Program-made: the position numbers and the translations under genes | The notes under the pieces: generated by a model | What the model saw: the letters and a program-made list of their open reading frames with translations, nothing else | What the model was told of the DNA's origin: nothing | Databases searched by the model: none | Part shown: positions 47,601 to 56,994 of the stretch, in pieces | Layout: each line of letters begins with the position of its first letter | Position numbering within the stretch: the stretch's first letter is position 1 | Assembly (NCBI GenBank): GCA_964391315.1 | Contig: CAYMJR010000005.1 | Span: 1,890-65,889 of the forward strand | DNA length: 64,000 bases | Origin: an uncultured Gammaproteobacteria bacterium | GTDB lineage: Bacteria; Patescibacteriota; Microgenomatia; Levybacterales; UBA12049 | Direction of reading: 5' to 3'

Positions 47601-48058
47601 AATTAAAACGACTAACTGCGACACTTAATATCTCTGACAGTGTGACATTTTTAGGTAAGGTCACAGAAAAAGAAAAAGCGAGAATTCTTACAAGAAGTTG
47701 GGCCATGCTTCAACCATCTCAAGTTGAAGGATGGGGTATTACCGTTATTGAGGCAAATCTGGCAGGAACATTAGTAATTGCTTCGCGTGTTAACGGATTA
47801 AAAGATTCAGTTATTGATGGAAAAACAGGAATCTTGGTGAATGTAAAAGATGTGGGTCAATTTGCAGCAGCAATGAAAGTTATCACGAAGGACGTTGCAT
47901 TTCGTACAAGCCTTTCACAGAATGCACATCTTTGGGCGAAGCAGTTTGATTGGGATAAAAGCGCACGAGAATTTTATCGAGTAATTGCAAAGTGTATTGA
48001 TGTAAGAGTGGATCCAACAATTTCAGACAAGATTGCGTTGGCACTATCTGAAGAATAA
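44624..48058 (+). CDS. Tripartite fusion: processive-type GT2 + polytopic segment + GT4 (paralog of 29869-33330)
   Basis: 1144 aa with the same motifs (PKTKPKACNYGL, YDAEDMP, NVTEDADLGIRL, RQRSRWIKG, and QVEGWGITVIEANLAGTLVIAS). The GT2 core differs from copy A at 33 positions in a ~240-aa ungapped hand alignment. The central membrane segment is much more diverged. Confidence 0.75.
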   Translation: MLKKTHIQSMKGAGIAYKKQRYITHTTLSYTLSALRTFSWGQTFFIGFLFGFLIVGLLLIPIITVQVLAGIISILYFVDTVFNLVLTIRSLNKPNEINIAQKELQTISEDELPVYTILCPLYKEIHVIPQFIEAIAKLDWPKEKLEVLLLLEEDDTESIEEVSRMHLPFYFRTIVVPDSLPKTKPKACNYGLSFAQGEYLVIYDAEDMPDPLQLKKAHLGFKNVPPHVVCLQAKLNYYNSRQNILTRFFTAEYSLWFDLTLTGLQSFNSTIPLGGTSNHFKTQVLRDLQGWDPFNVTEDADLGIRLFKKGFQTAIIDSTTYEEATSKIKNWIRQRSRWIKGYMQTYLVHMREWKNFYKEKGITHYIIFQLNVGGKILFLLLNPLMWLITLGYFTAYSFFGPAIQVIYRPPISYIAVISWVFGNFLFFYYYMLGCAKRSQWDLIKYIFMIPFYWAMMSTASAMALYQLILKPHYWEKTVHGFHLKQPQIPRKSPLSPQTVQPVSHLVIESSIKKFRLSNFSRFNLPVWKLNFKSFLTYSETWSFWNNFSKNFLQYLPIIYLLTFDFIVATFFASKDQAYNYLLLSFICKMTVIISQIIAYLANAFFSRRKKITDKLSNKIFTVFLFQWSAFVIIGAEGAITIPLLFGNTFSQIIPYTSFFLFGCMCSAISYVFSAHYAKKQSYSFTAVSLFLTFSYGVLFLLTQRNLQETVITFVSIGIINLMTVLFLHNNKQIVFILDNNLDSLLNLGLDVLKRSTDKRELRILIFNWRDTKHTWAGGAEVYIHELAKRWVKDGSKVSIFCGNDCKSKFNEQVEDVEIIRRGGIYTVYIFALLYYFFKLRGNYDIVIDCENGIPFFTPFFIRKPIILLVHHVHQEVFRNFLQFPFRQIASFFEGKVMPFIYRDNTVVTVSESSKKEILKLGFTKEENIEVIYNGISQISLHNTSKTRYPSFVYLGRLKQYKNIDVAIKAFAVFLKDYPLAKLSIVGVGEKCSELKRLTATLNISDSVTFLGKVTEKEKARILTRSWAMLQPSQVEGWGITVIEANLAGTLVIASRVNGLKDSVIDGKTGILVNVKDVGQFAAAMKVITKDVAFRTSLSQNAHLWAKQFDWDKSAREFYRVIAKCIDVRVDPTISDKIALALSEE

Positions 48059-48067
48059 TTTTGTTTT

Positions 48068-49651
48068 ATGAAAACACTTTCTTTTCAATTTATTGGAAAC
48101 ATGTTCTTTTTTATTTTTTGTGCAATTATTTTAGCATTTTCTCTTCGAGGATTACCCGGCAATCCAACTACGAAACAGCTGCTAACACCCATCTGGAAAG
48201 ACCAGGGACCTTTCGAATTATCCCCTGAACGAGGAAGATTTACACTTCTTTATTCAATTATGGAAAATAAAAGTTTTAGTTTTTCTCCACAACTTGCTAG
48301 GTTTACCGCTCCTGATGTTGCATATTCACATGGGAAATATGTATCACTTTTCGATCCAGGACTGTCATTTATGGTTATGCCTGGATACTTGATCGGAAAA
48401 TTCTTTGGTGCGTCTCAAGTGGGTACTTTTGCGATAGTTTCAGTTTTTGCATTACTCAATGTCGCTTTGATTAGACTTATTGCTATAAGATTAGGTGCAC
48501 ATCCTCTCGCTGCAACAATCGGTGGTTTTGGATTTCTTTTTGCGTCACCAGCGTTCGCCTACGCGGTTAATCTCTATCAACATCATATATCTACATTTTT
48601 AATTCTTAGTTCAATATATCTTTTTATTCGTTTCAAATCTGATTGGTCATTAGCTGTTATTTGGATGCTTTGTGGTTTGTCAGTCGTTATTGATTATCCT
48701 AATTTTTTTATGATGCTGCCAATAGGTGTTGCCACTCTTTCACGGTTATTTTTTCTACAAAAAAATGGTGATGGAAATATAGCACTTACTATTTATCTTA
48801 AAAAATTTATTACCTTTTCAAGTCTCATACTTCCTATTCTATTTTTCTGTATAGTAAATACTTTGTCTTACGGATATCCCTTTCAGTTGGCTGGTGCACT
48901 GGAGCGTCCAATAGCTATTAAAGCGAATGGCCAACCTATACTTCACAAAGATATTCTTAAGAAACAACGCACACTATCTCCCTCAGCCCAACCATCGATT
49001 TTTCAAAAAAATGTTCTTAATTTTTTTATTAACAGAAACATGCTGAATGGTTTTTATATTCATTTTGTTAGTCCTGATCGCGGTATTCTCGAATACACTC
49101 CAATTATGTTTTTTTCAATTCTTGGTATGTATGTCTCATGGAAAAAAAGTATACCTTTTCTCTCTTTGCTTCTTTCAATTACAGGGATAAATATTCTTTT
49201 ATATTCGTTATGGAGTGATCCCTGGGGTGGATGGGCGTTTGGTTCGCGATATCTCATACCTTCATATGCGATTTTGTCAATTTTTATCGCTCTGGCATTA
49301 ACACAATTTCGAAAAAAAACATTTGTATTACTTCTTTTTTTACTCGTATTGACGTATTCAATTTTTATTAATACAGTTGGTGCAATAACAACAAGTACCA
49401 ATCCTCCTCAGGTTGAAATAGCTGCTTTAGAAAAAGTATCAGGAATGAAGCAGGAATATACATTTGTAAAAAATTTCTACTTTTTAACATCAGGACAATC
49501 AAAGTCATTTTTGTTTAAAGCAGTTGCTTCTCATTATATGTCTGCGTTGAATTATTATATTTATTTGACAACTATTCTTGTTACCTGTGCTGGTATACTT
49601 GTCGGTTCATTACGTTTTCTTGTGAGAAGGGAGTATAGATATGAAAATTGA
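48068..49651 (+). CDS. Polytopic GT-C-like membrane glycosyltransferase, type a (paralog of 33368-34909)
   Basis: 527 aa. GRFTLLYSIMENKSFSF...APDVAYSHGKYVSLFDPGLSF and SDPWGGWAFGSRYLIP. It is the most diverged paralog pair. Confidence 0.5.
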   Translation: MKTLSFQFIGNMFFFIFCAIILAFSLRGLPGNPTTKQLLTPIWKDQGPFELSPERGRFTLLYSIMENKSFSFSPQLARFTAPDVAYSHGKYVSLFDPGLSFMVMPGYLIGKFFGASQVGTFAIVSVFALLNVALIRLIAIRLGAHPLAATIGGFGFLFASPAFAYAVNLYQHHISTFLILSSIYLFIRFKSDWSLAVIWMLCGLSVVIDYPNFFMMLPIGVATLSRLFFLQKNGDGNIALTIYLKKFITFSSLILPILFFCIVNTLSYGYPFQLAGALERPIAIKANGQPILHKDILKKQRTLSPSAQPSIFQKNVLNFFINRNMLNGFYIHFVSPDRGILEYTPIMFFSILGMYVSWKKSIPFLSLLLSITGINILLYSLWSDPWGGWAFGSRYLIPSYAILSIFIALALTQFRKKTFVLLLFLLVLTYSIFINTVGAITTSTNPPQVEIAALEKVSGMKQEYTFVKNFYFLTSGQSKSFLFKAVASHYMSALNYYIYLTTILVTCAGILVGSLRFLVRREYRYEN

Positions 49652-51281
49652 TCGGCAACCATTCAGTGTTACTTTTATTATCTACCAAAAATATCTTTTA
49701 TCTCTCCACTCATGGTTTGAAAAAAAATCTTCTTTACTTCTTTTTTTCTTTCTTGTGATAACTTCAGTTCTCTGTTATTTATATTACTTATTTAATGGTT
49801 TGGGACTAGCATACAATGATGCGAGGTCACATCTTGATATCGGACGGCGTGTTGTTGAAAATCTTACTCCAGGGTTTGCACAACTTGGCAGTGTTTGGCT
49901 TCCTCTTCCTCATTTATTGATGACTGTTACTGTCTGGAATGATTTTATGTGGCATTCAGGACTTTCAGGTGCTCTTCAGTCGATGGTTTCATTTGTTGCA
50001 ACAGGCATGCTCATTTATCAATTTCTCAAACAACTTAAAGTAGGAATACTAGGAAGAATTACCGGAATATTAGTATTTGTATTCAATGTAAATATTCTTT
50101 ACATGCAATCAACTGCTATGACGGAATTGCCTCTTCTTGCGACGATGACAATAGGTTCATATGAATTAATGCTTTGGCATAAAGAAGAGACAGTGATGCG
50201 ACTTATTAAGGCTGCGTTTTGGATCATGCTTTCAACGCTTATTCGATATGATGGATGGTTTCTTTTTGTCATGGCGACAGCGCTTATTTTTATTCATTCG
50301 ATACGAAAATATGGATATAAAACTACAGAGGGAACATTAATACTGTTTTGTACTCTAGGAGGTTTTGGCATCTTTTTGTGGTTATTTTGGAATCAAATGA
50401 TTTTTAAAGATGCGTTATATTTTGTTCTAGGACCATATTCGGCAGGAGCCCAACAACAACAATTGAAAGAAGCCGGAGTACTTGGCACCTATCATAATTT
50501 TCCTTTTTCTTTGGCCACCTATTTCTATGCAATGGTATATAACTCAAGTCTTTTCCTTGTTTTGTTATGTATTATCAGTGCAATAACTCTTTGGTGTGAT
50601 AAACGCATTGAAGGGAGTATAAGAATTGCAACAACTGTTCTTTTTGCACCGTTTCTCTTCAATATTATTGCTTTGTATTTAGGTCAGTCGGTGCTCTTCG
50701 TTCAGGGATTATCCGGTACTTCTTGGTTTAACGTCAGGTATGGACTGATGATGATTCCATCAATTGCTGTTTTTGTCGGATATCTTATTTCCCGTACAAA
50801 GCCTATCCGCTGGGCTCTTTTCAGTCTCACACTTTTTGTACTTTTTTTTATGGTGGTAAATAGTGACGCTGTGACAATAGATGATGCTCGTATTGGTTCC
50901 AGCGGAAAGAATGTGACACAGGTAAGTGGATGGCTTCGTCATAATATACCCGGAAAGGATGGATATATCCTTATTTCCGTTGCGTCTCATGATGCGATAG
51001 TTTTTTCGTCAGGATTACCCATAAAGAAATTCATCCATGAAGGGACAGGTCAATATTGGAATCTCGCGACAGCACATCCAAAGAGATGGGTTAGATGGAT
51101 TATTCTTCGAACGCATGACAGAAGCGATTTAACATTCAAGGCACTCGAATTTAATAAGGAGTTTAACAATGATTATACATTGGTCAACCATTTTCCTTTT
51201 GCAGATATTTATCAGTTGAAACCGCAATATGTAAGCTCTTTACAATCACTTCCTGCTTTAAGCGAAATAGTTAAAAAATAA
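49641..51281 (+). CDS. Polytopic GT-C-like membrane protein, type b (paralog of 34916-36535)
   Basis: 546 aa. AYNDARSHLDIGRRVVENLTPGFAQLGSVWLPLPHLLM. Overlaps the upstream gene by 11 nt, and GGGAG lies ahead of the ATG. Confidence 0.5.
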   Translation: MKIDRQPFSVTFIIYQKYLLSLHSWFEKKSSLLLFFFLVITSVLCYLYYLFNGLGLAYNDARSHLDIGRRVVENLTPGFAQLGSVWLPLPHLLMTVTVWNDFMWHSGLSGALQSMVSFVATGMLIYQFLKQLKVGILGRITGILVFVFNVNILYMQSTAMTELPLLATMTIGSYELMLWHKEETVMRLIKAAFWIMLSTLIRYDGWFLFVMATALIFIHSIRKYGYKTTEGTLILFCTLGGFGIFLWLFWNQMIFKDALYFVLGPYSAGAQQQQLKEAGVLGTYHNFPFSLATYFYAMVYNSSLFLVLLCIISAITLWCDKRIEGSIRIATTVLFAPFLFNIIALYLGQSVLFVQGLSGTSWFNVRYGLMMIPSIAVFVGYLISRTKPIRWALFSLTLFVLFFMVVNSDAVTIDDARIGSSGKNVTQVSGWLRHNIPGKDGYILISVASHDAIVFSSGLPIKKFIHEGTGQYWNLATAHPKRWVRWIILRTHDRSDLTFKALEFNKEFNNDYTLVNHFPFADIYQLKPQYVSSLQSLPALSEIVKK

Positions 51282-51300
51282 ACGCAAGGTTTATTCAGAT

Positions 51301-52401
51301 ATGAAAAAGAAAATTATTTTTTCATCATATGACAACATCCATAATCCTTTTTATGGAGGTGGCGGTGCAATTGCGATATATCAAGTTACGACACGACTTG
51401 CATCAATGTTTGAAATCGTTGTAATCACAGGGAATTACAAAGGTGCAAAAGATACAAAAATAGAAAATGTTTTTTATAAACATATAGGGCCGTCATTTTT
51501 AGGACCAAAACTTGGTCAATTATGTTTTTATTTTTTATTACCTTTTTATGTACTAAAAGAAAAATATGATATATGGGTCGAAAACTTTACCCCACCTTTT
51601 TCAACTGCATGTTTACAGATTTTTACAAAAAAACCGGTTATCGGACTGGTCCATATGTTAGCAAGTCGTGATATGGAGCGAAAATATAAATTACCGTTTC
51701 GAGTTATTGAGGAAAAAGGTCTTGCACTTTATAAATATTTTATTGTTGTGCGAGAAACAACAAAAAAAACAATTGAACAATTTAATAATCGTGCTAAATT
51801 TTTTATTATTCCGAATGGAGTTAATCAGGTAAATCTTTTAGAAAAAAGCAGAAAAGGTAAGTATCTTTTATTTATCGGCCGATTAGAATTTAATCAAAAA
51901 GGACTTGATCTGCTTATTGATGCATATAAATCTGTCTCTGAAAAGATTACGCAAAAGCTAATAATTGCAGGATCAGGAACAGAAAAAGATGAAACTCAAA
52001 TAAAACAACGGATTAAACGGTATGGATTAGAAGACAAAATACAATTAGTTGGAAAAGTGGCAGGAAAAGAAAAAGACATACTGCTTCGGAACTGTTCTTT
52101 GGTTGTTCTCCCCTCTCGTTTTGAAACATTTTCTCTCGTAGCACTTGAAGCGATGAGCTATGCCAAGCCTCTAGTGACCTTTGCAATTCAAGGGCTTGAT
52201 TGGGTGTCTCAGGAGTGTGCGATGAAAGTACAGCCTTTTGATATAGAACAATTCGCAGACGCAATACAAAAAGTCCTTGCTGATAGAAGTTTACAGAAAA
52301 AAATGTCTCAGTTTTCATACACAATTTCTCTTCGTTATTCATGGAGAAATATTTCAGATGCATATAAAGATGCTTTTCTCACTATTTTACAAACAATATG
52401 A
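51301..52401 (+). CDS. GT4 glycosyltransferase (paralog of 37558-38670)
   Basis: 366 aa. IFSSYDNIHNPFYGGGGAIAI and PSRFETFSLVALEAMSYAKPLVTF. Confidence 0.75.
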   Translation: MKKKIIFSSYDNIHNPFYGGGGAIAIYQVTTRLASMFEIVVITGNYKGAKDTKIENVFYKHIGPSFLGPKLGQLCFYFLLPFYVLKEKYDIWVENFTPPFSTACLQIFTKKPVIGLVHMLASRDMERKYKLPFRVIEEKGLALYKYFIVVRETTKKTIEQFNNRAKFFIIPNGVNQVNLLEKSRKGKYLLFIGRLEFNQKGLDLLIDAYKSVSEKITQKLIIAGSGTEKDETQIKQRIKRYGLEDKIQLVGKVAGKEKDILLRNCSLVVLPSRFETFSLVALEAMSYAKPLVTFAIQGLDWVSQECAMKVQPFDIEQFADAIQKVLADRSLQKKMSQFSYTISLRYSWRNISDAYKDAFLTILQTI

Positions 52402-53162
52402 ATCAATCATTTATATCAACACTTATTGATGATAAAAAATCATGCTATTTTATTTCACCACATTTTGACGATGCAGTTTTTTCAGCAGGGTTATTGATGC
52501 GTTATTTATCAGGAAAAACTAAAGTGATCGTTATTAATATTTTTACAAAAGCAGATAAAAAACCATACACATTGTCTGCAAAAACATTCCTTAGACAATG
52601 TCGTTATAGTGATGCAAATACATTATTTATTGATAGAGAGAAAGAAGATGCTGCGGTTTTGCAAAATATAGCAGATAAAGTAATTAATCTGGGTTATGTT
52701 GATGCACTTTGGCGAAAAAAACAGCAGCAAACCTTTCTATCAAAACTTTTTAGTAAAATTCCTGAAATGCATATGCTTTATCCAACCTATTTCTTTCATA
52801 TCAAAACAGGGAAAGTTGCGAAACAGGATGAGGAACTCATATATACAGTTGGACAAAGACTTAATAACATAATTACGTCAGACAATTCAGTTATTTTTTG
52901 CCCTTTTGCTATTGGTAATCATATAGATCATGTCATAGCAAGACTTGCTTGTGAAAGAGCGTTTACTGATGTTATTTACTGGTCTGATTTTCCTTATAAT
53001 TTGCATACCACACCTGATACACGCAATTTTGTTTCATTTCAATTTGATGAAAACCTAAATGAAAAACATAGATTAGTCAAAGGTTATGTGAGCCAGTATA
53101 ATGCAATGTTTGGAAAAGGTTTGTATCTGCATCCGGAAATATTTTATTGGAAAAATGGATAA
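52398..53162 (+). CDS. PIG-L/LmbE-family deacetylase (paralog of 38663-39421)
   Basis: 254 aa. CYFISPHFDDAVFSAG and IGNHIDHVIA. ATGA overlap with the GT4 gene. Confidence 0.7.
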   Translation: MNQSFISTLIDDKKSCYFISPHFDDAVFSAGLLMRYLSGKTKVIVINIFTKADKKPYTLSAKTFLRQCRYSDANTLFIDREKEDAAVLQNIADKVINLGYVDALWRKKQQQTFLSKLFSKIPEMHMLYPTYFFHIKTGKVAKQDEELIYTVGQRLNNIITSDNSVIFCPFAIGNHIDHVIARLACERAFTDVIYWSDFPYNLHTTPDTRNFVSFQFDENLNEKHRLVKGYVSQYNAMFGKGLYLHPEIFYWKNG

Positions 53163-53167
53163 ATCTT

Positions 53168-54217
53168 ATGAATACAATTATTGTAAGACAAACAGTTGAT
53201 AATGATTTATTAGGAAAGTGGAAAACCCTTTGGGAACAATCAAACGAAGGACATTTTTTTAATACACCTGAATGGTTCTTGGCAGCACGTGACGTGTATC
53301 ATATAAAACAATTTCGCATTATTACCATAGAAGACAATGGTGAACTCGTTTTGGTACTTCCACTTGTTAAAAAAAAAGTATTTGGTATTCCTGTATGGAC
53401 ATATTTAGGAAGCAAATTTGTCAATAAATCTTCTTTGCTTATTAAAGAAATTGACAAAAGTATACTTAAAGATCTCTCACATTTTTTAATGAAACATGGG
53501 GATTTTTATTTACCGGAACTCAGTCGTGAAATAGCGGAAATACTTTGTGATGATACCCCCTGTCTTATTAAAAAAGAAGCATCTGTTAATTTTTATCTTC
53601 CTATCGATCCTGATCCTTTTTGTTTTATTTCCAGTAAAAATAAGAGTCAAATCCGTGGAATTATGAGAAAAAATAAAAAAGATATTAGTTTTAAAACTTT
53701 CATTGGAGATAATAAATCATTAGACACAGTTTTCGAATTAGATATGCGAAGCTCAAAAAAACGACAAGGTAAAGCAACATTTATCACCAAGGAAGACAAA
53801 TTATTTTTTTGTAAACTTTTGCAACTCATGCCGAAATCGTTTGTCATCGATTTTGTGTATCATCAGAACAAACCTATTATATATAGTATAGGGTTTGCTT
53901 ATAAAAACATCTTTCATGCATCAAATACTGCTTTTGATGCCGATTATCGATTTTTGCGTCCAGGGAAACTGCTTACTCATTATCGTATAGCAAAGCTTCA
54001 GGAAGAAAAATCTGATTTGTTTGATTTTGGAAGAGGTAACAGTGCACTGAAGCGGGAATTTACCAAGCTAACAAAAACCCAATATAGTGTATTTTTTATA
54101 TTTTCACCACTTTCAAAACAATGGTTGCTTTCGACACAACGAGTATATGATGGAATCTTACAGAGCAAACCTCTTTATACGTCATATTTGTTTCTTAAAA
54201 AATATTTATTATATTAG
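53168..54217 (+). CDS. FemAB/CelD-like GNAT-fold acyltransferase (paralog of 39424-40473)
   Basis: The ATG at 53168 (MNTIIVRQTVDNDLLGKWKTLWEQS) aligns residue-for-residue with the copy-A start (MYHITIHTTVEPQLFEEWQRLWEHS). This gives 349 aa in both copies. The track start at 53147 would overlap the deacetylase gene. Confidence 0.5.
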   Translation: MNTIIVRQTVDNDLLGKWKTLWEQSNEGHFFNTPEWFLAARDVYHIKQFRIITIEDNGELVLVLPLVKKKVFGIPVWTYLGSKFVNKSSLLIKEIDKSILKDLSHFLMKHGDFYLPELSREIAEILCDDTPCLIKKEASVNFYLPIDPDPFCFISSKNKSQIRGIMRKNKKDISFKTFIGDNKSLDTVFELDMRSSKKRQGKATFITKEDKLFFCKLLQLMPKSFVIDFVYHQNKPIIYSIGFAYKNIFHASNTAFDADYRFLRPGKLLTHYRIAKLQEEKSDLFDFGRGNSALKREFTKLTKTQYSVFFIFSPLSKQWLLSTQRVYDGILQSKPLYTSYLFLKKYLLY

Positions 54218-54335
54218 TAAATTTGCCCTTTGGTTCTTTACTTATCTGTGGAATTTCGAGCTTTTAAGTTCAAAGTAATTTGTTGCTGCCGCATGAGCTT
54301 GAAATTTATGAGACAAAATTGTAGTATACTCACTC

Positions 54336-55310
54336 ATGGAAACGATACGAATAAAAGTCGAAAGCATAGATTTAAAAAAATATTTGAAATATTTTTTGAT
54401 TGTTATCGCAGTATATCTACTGGAAAGCTTAATACATTTGCTTATCCCATTGGATATAAATAAACTGCAACCGATAACACAGAACAAACAAGCTCCGGTT
54501 TCGGACACATGGTTGCCTGTTATTGGTACAACGAACACAAGCACATCAATTCCTAAAGAGCTTACAGCTAAATCATATTTGACGTATGATCTGACAACGG
54601 GAAAAGCTCTCTATCAAAAAAATCCCAATATGCGTATGCCTATGGCTTCATTGACAAAAATTATGACAGCAATTGTCACTATTGAACATCCAAGAGCTGA
54701 TGATCGTTATGTAGTAAAAAAAGAAAGTTTGGTAGGATATGACAGTATGGGTTTGTCAGCTGGTGAAGTGTTGTCACAAAAAGAATTGCTCTATGGCCTT
54801 TTGCTTCCTTCAGGTAATGATGCTTCGGAAGTACTGGCAAGTGATTCACCTCTTGGCAGAGAGAGATTTATCCAGGCAATGAATGATAAGGCCAAAGAAC
54901 TGGGATTGAAAGACACGCATTTTGATAATCCATCAGGATTACAGGGAGAAGGAATACAATATACAACAGCATATGATTTGTTGGTAATTACTCATTATGC
55001 ACTTGGAAATTATCCTCTTATTGCAAGCATTGTTAATTCACATACATTTGAAGTTCCCCAGACTACAACACATAAAGCATATGCTCTATCTAATGAGACA
55101 AATCTTTTGAGGACATATGATGGTGTGCAAGGAGTAAAAACAGGTTATACGCCGGAAGCAGGATTGTGTCTTGTTACCTATTTGGATTACAAAGGACATA
55201 AGATTATTGGAGTTCTTCTTAATAGTCAAGATAGACGTGGAGAAATGAAGACACTTTTGGATTCTTCTCTTAAGGCTGTTCAAGTCAATCCTCCAATATA
55301 TCGTGGTTGA
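54336..55310 (+). CDS. D-alanyl-D-alanine carboxypeptidase (S11, PBP5-like low-molecular-weight PBP)
   Basis: 324 aa with an N-terminal anchor. Carries MASLTKIMTA (SxxK), LPSGNDAS (SxN) and VKTGYTPEAG (KTG). Confidence 0.8.
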   Translation: METIRIKVESIDLKKYLKYFLIVIAVYLLESLIHLLIPLDINKLQPITQNKQAPVSDTWLPVIGTTNTSTSIPKELTAKSYLTYDLTTGKALYQKNPNMRMPMASLTKIMTAIVTIEHPRADDRYVVKKESLVGYDSMGLSAGEVLSQKELLYGLLLPSGNDASEVLASDSPLGRERFIQAMNDKAKELGLKDTHFDNPSGLQGEGIQYTTAYDLLVITHYALGNYPLIASIVNSHTFEVPQTTTHKAYALSNETNLLRTYDGVQGVKTGYTPEAGLCLVTYLDYKGHKIIGVLLNSQDRRGEMKTLLDSSLKAVQVNPPIYRG

Positions 55311-55317
55311 GAATAAT

Positions 55318-56337
55318 TTATTTTTTATGCACGTACTCTGTTAGCCGCTTAAGATTCTCAACTGGTGTTTGCTGCAATACACCGTGTCCAAGGTTAAAAA
55401 TATAACCATCTCTTTTTGGCAGTGATGAAAAGATAGTATCTACCTGCTTTCTAATTATTGAAAAATCACTGAGTAATAAAGCAGGATCAAGATTGCCTTG
55501 GATTGCCTTTGTATAACTTATTTCTTTCCACGCTTTGTCAATTGATATTCTCCAATCAACACTTACTACGTCACATGAAACATCCGCAAATGATGAAAGC
55601 ATTCCGGCAGTATTTGTTCCGAAATGAATCAGCGGCATTTTTTCACTTTTGAGTGATTCAAAAATTTGTTTACTGTAAGGTAAGACAAAGGTTTTATAGT
55701 CGTTTTCACTAAGTGCGCCAACCCAACTATCAAATAACTGCAATGCATTAACGCCTGTTGCTACTTGAGATTTTAAATACACAATAATTAGATCTGTTAA
55801 TTTTTTCATCAATGCATGCCAAGCTTTTTGATTCGTATACATGAAGAGTTTGGTTTGTAAAAAATCTCTCGTTGGTTTCCCCTCGATTAGATAGCTGGCA
55901 AGAGTAAATGGTGCCGCAGAAAAACCAATGAGCGGCACCTTTGTTTGCAGTTCTTTTTTAAGAATTGTTATTGTATCAAGAAGATACGGTATGTCTTCAC
56001 GTGGCTGAAGTTTGCGAAGTTTTTTCACATCCTGATTTGTTCTGATTGGATTTTTTATCACTGGTCCAATATGTTCAACGATATCTAAATCCACGCCTAT
56101 GCCAACAAGTGGTATCATGATATCGGCAAATAAAATTGCAGCATCAACACCCAAAATATCAATAGGTTGAAGCGACACTTTTGCTGCAAGTTCTGGTGTC
56201 CGTACAATATCTAAAATGGTATGCTTTTCCTTTAGTTTCCTGTATTCAGGAAGATATCTGCCAGCTTGGCGCATGTACCATACCGGCGTGTGAGATGTTC
56301 TTTTGCTGAAACAGGCGTCAAGAAATGTTGTATTCAT
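55318..56337 (-). CDS. hemE: Uroporphyrinogen decarboxylase
   Basis: 339 aa with the URO-D signature PVWYMRQAGRYLPEY. Overlaps the hemQ stop by 4 nt. Confidence 0.9.
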   Translation of the reverse strand: MNTTFLDACFSKRTSHTPVWYMRQAGRYLPEYRKLKEKHTILDIVRTPELAAKVSLQPIDILGVDAAILFADIMIPLVGIGVDLDIVEHIGPVIKNPIRTNQDVKKLRKLQPREDIPYLLDTITILKKELQTKVPLIGFSAAPFTLASYLIEGKPTRDFLQTKLFMYTNQKAWHALMKKLTDLIIVYLKSQVATGVNALQLFDSWVGALSENDYKTFVLPYSKQIFESLKSEKMPLIHFGTNTAGMLSSFADVSCDVVSVDWRISIDKAWKEISYTKAIQGNLDPALLLSDFSIIRKQVDTIFSSLPKRDGYIFNLGHGVLQQTPVENLKRLTEYVHKK

Positions 56338-56987
56338 AAGTAATTAAGTGTTTCCTCCGGTGTTTTATAAATACATGTAAATATTGGTGTATCTTTTTGT
56401 GTATAGTGTCTGACTTTATCTGATCGCAGTTCCATCACCAGACTTTGAAAATCAGAAAGTTGATTCACTTCATATGAAACAATAAATTCATTATCATCAA
56501 TGCCATAGGAATATAGCAAGACTTGTTCAATTTGAGGATATTTCTTCCCAACCATAACATGACTTCCCATGAGTTTTCTTCTTGTTTCAAAATCTAATTC
56601 ATACCACTCTTTCGTTTTTGTGAACGGGTAAATCACAAGGTATTTTCCTCCTTTTCTTGAAGTATCAATGTGTCCTGTTGCATGAGATGAATACTGTGTT
56701 TTTCTTGTCATGCCAAAAAGTGTGTAGGAAATTGTGAGATGTTTGCCTAATTCCGTATGCATTAGGCTGTTTAATAAATCCTGAATTGCCTCAATTGTCT
56801 CCGCCTGAAACCAAATAAGGATGTTGGTATTTGCTTTTAGGCCAAGTGTTGTATATGTGTAACTTACGACAGTTTTTGATTCAGTAAGTACTTTGAGAAA
56901 TGCATTATTATATTTTTTAACTGTCAGATTTGAGAGAGTAGATAAAGTTGGTTTTGAATTAAAGAAAATATAACTATGATATTGCAT
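56334..56987 (-). CDS. hemQ: Chlorite-dismutase-family coproheme decarboxylase (HemQ/ChdC)
   Basis: 217 aa. YLVIYPFTKTKEWYELDFETRRKLMGSHVMVGKKY...LLYSYGIDDNEFIVSYE...DFQSLVMELR matches the HemQ pattern. Confidence 0.75.
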   Translation of the reverse strand: MQYHSYIFFNSKPTLSTLSNLTVKKYNNAFLKVLTESKTVVSYTYTTLGLKANTNILIWFQAETIEAIQDLLNSLMHTELGKHLTISYTLFGMTRKTQYSSHATGHIDTSRKGGKYLVIYPFTKTKEWYELDFETRRKLMGSHVMVGKKYPQIEQVLLYSYGIDDNEFIVSYEVNQLSDFQSLVMELRSDKVRHYTQKDTPIFTCIYKTPEETLNYL

Positions 56988-56994
56988 ATATTTA

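Larger units (their letters stand above)
44624..54217 (+). repeat. Cassette B of the diverged segmental duplication (6 genes)
   Basis: Paralogous gene-for-gene to 29869-40473, except that it lacks the hydrolase-like gene. Confidence 0.9.

Noticed and set aside
54230-54544. Small ORFs 54230-54463 (+) and 54242-54544 (-) in and around the cassette B/DD-carboxypeptidase spacer
   Set aside because: They are low-complexity, overlap each other and the 5' end of the well-supported S11 peptidase gene, and have no motifs or RBS.
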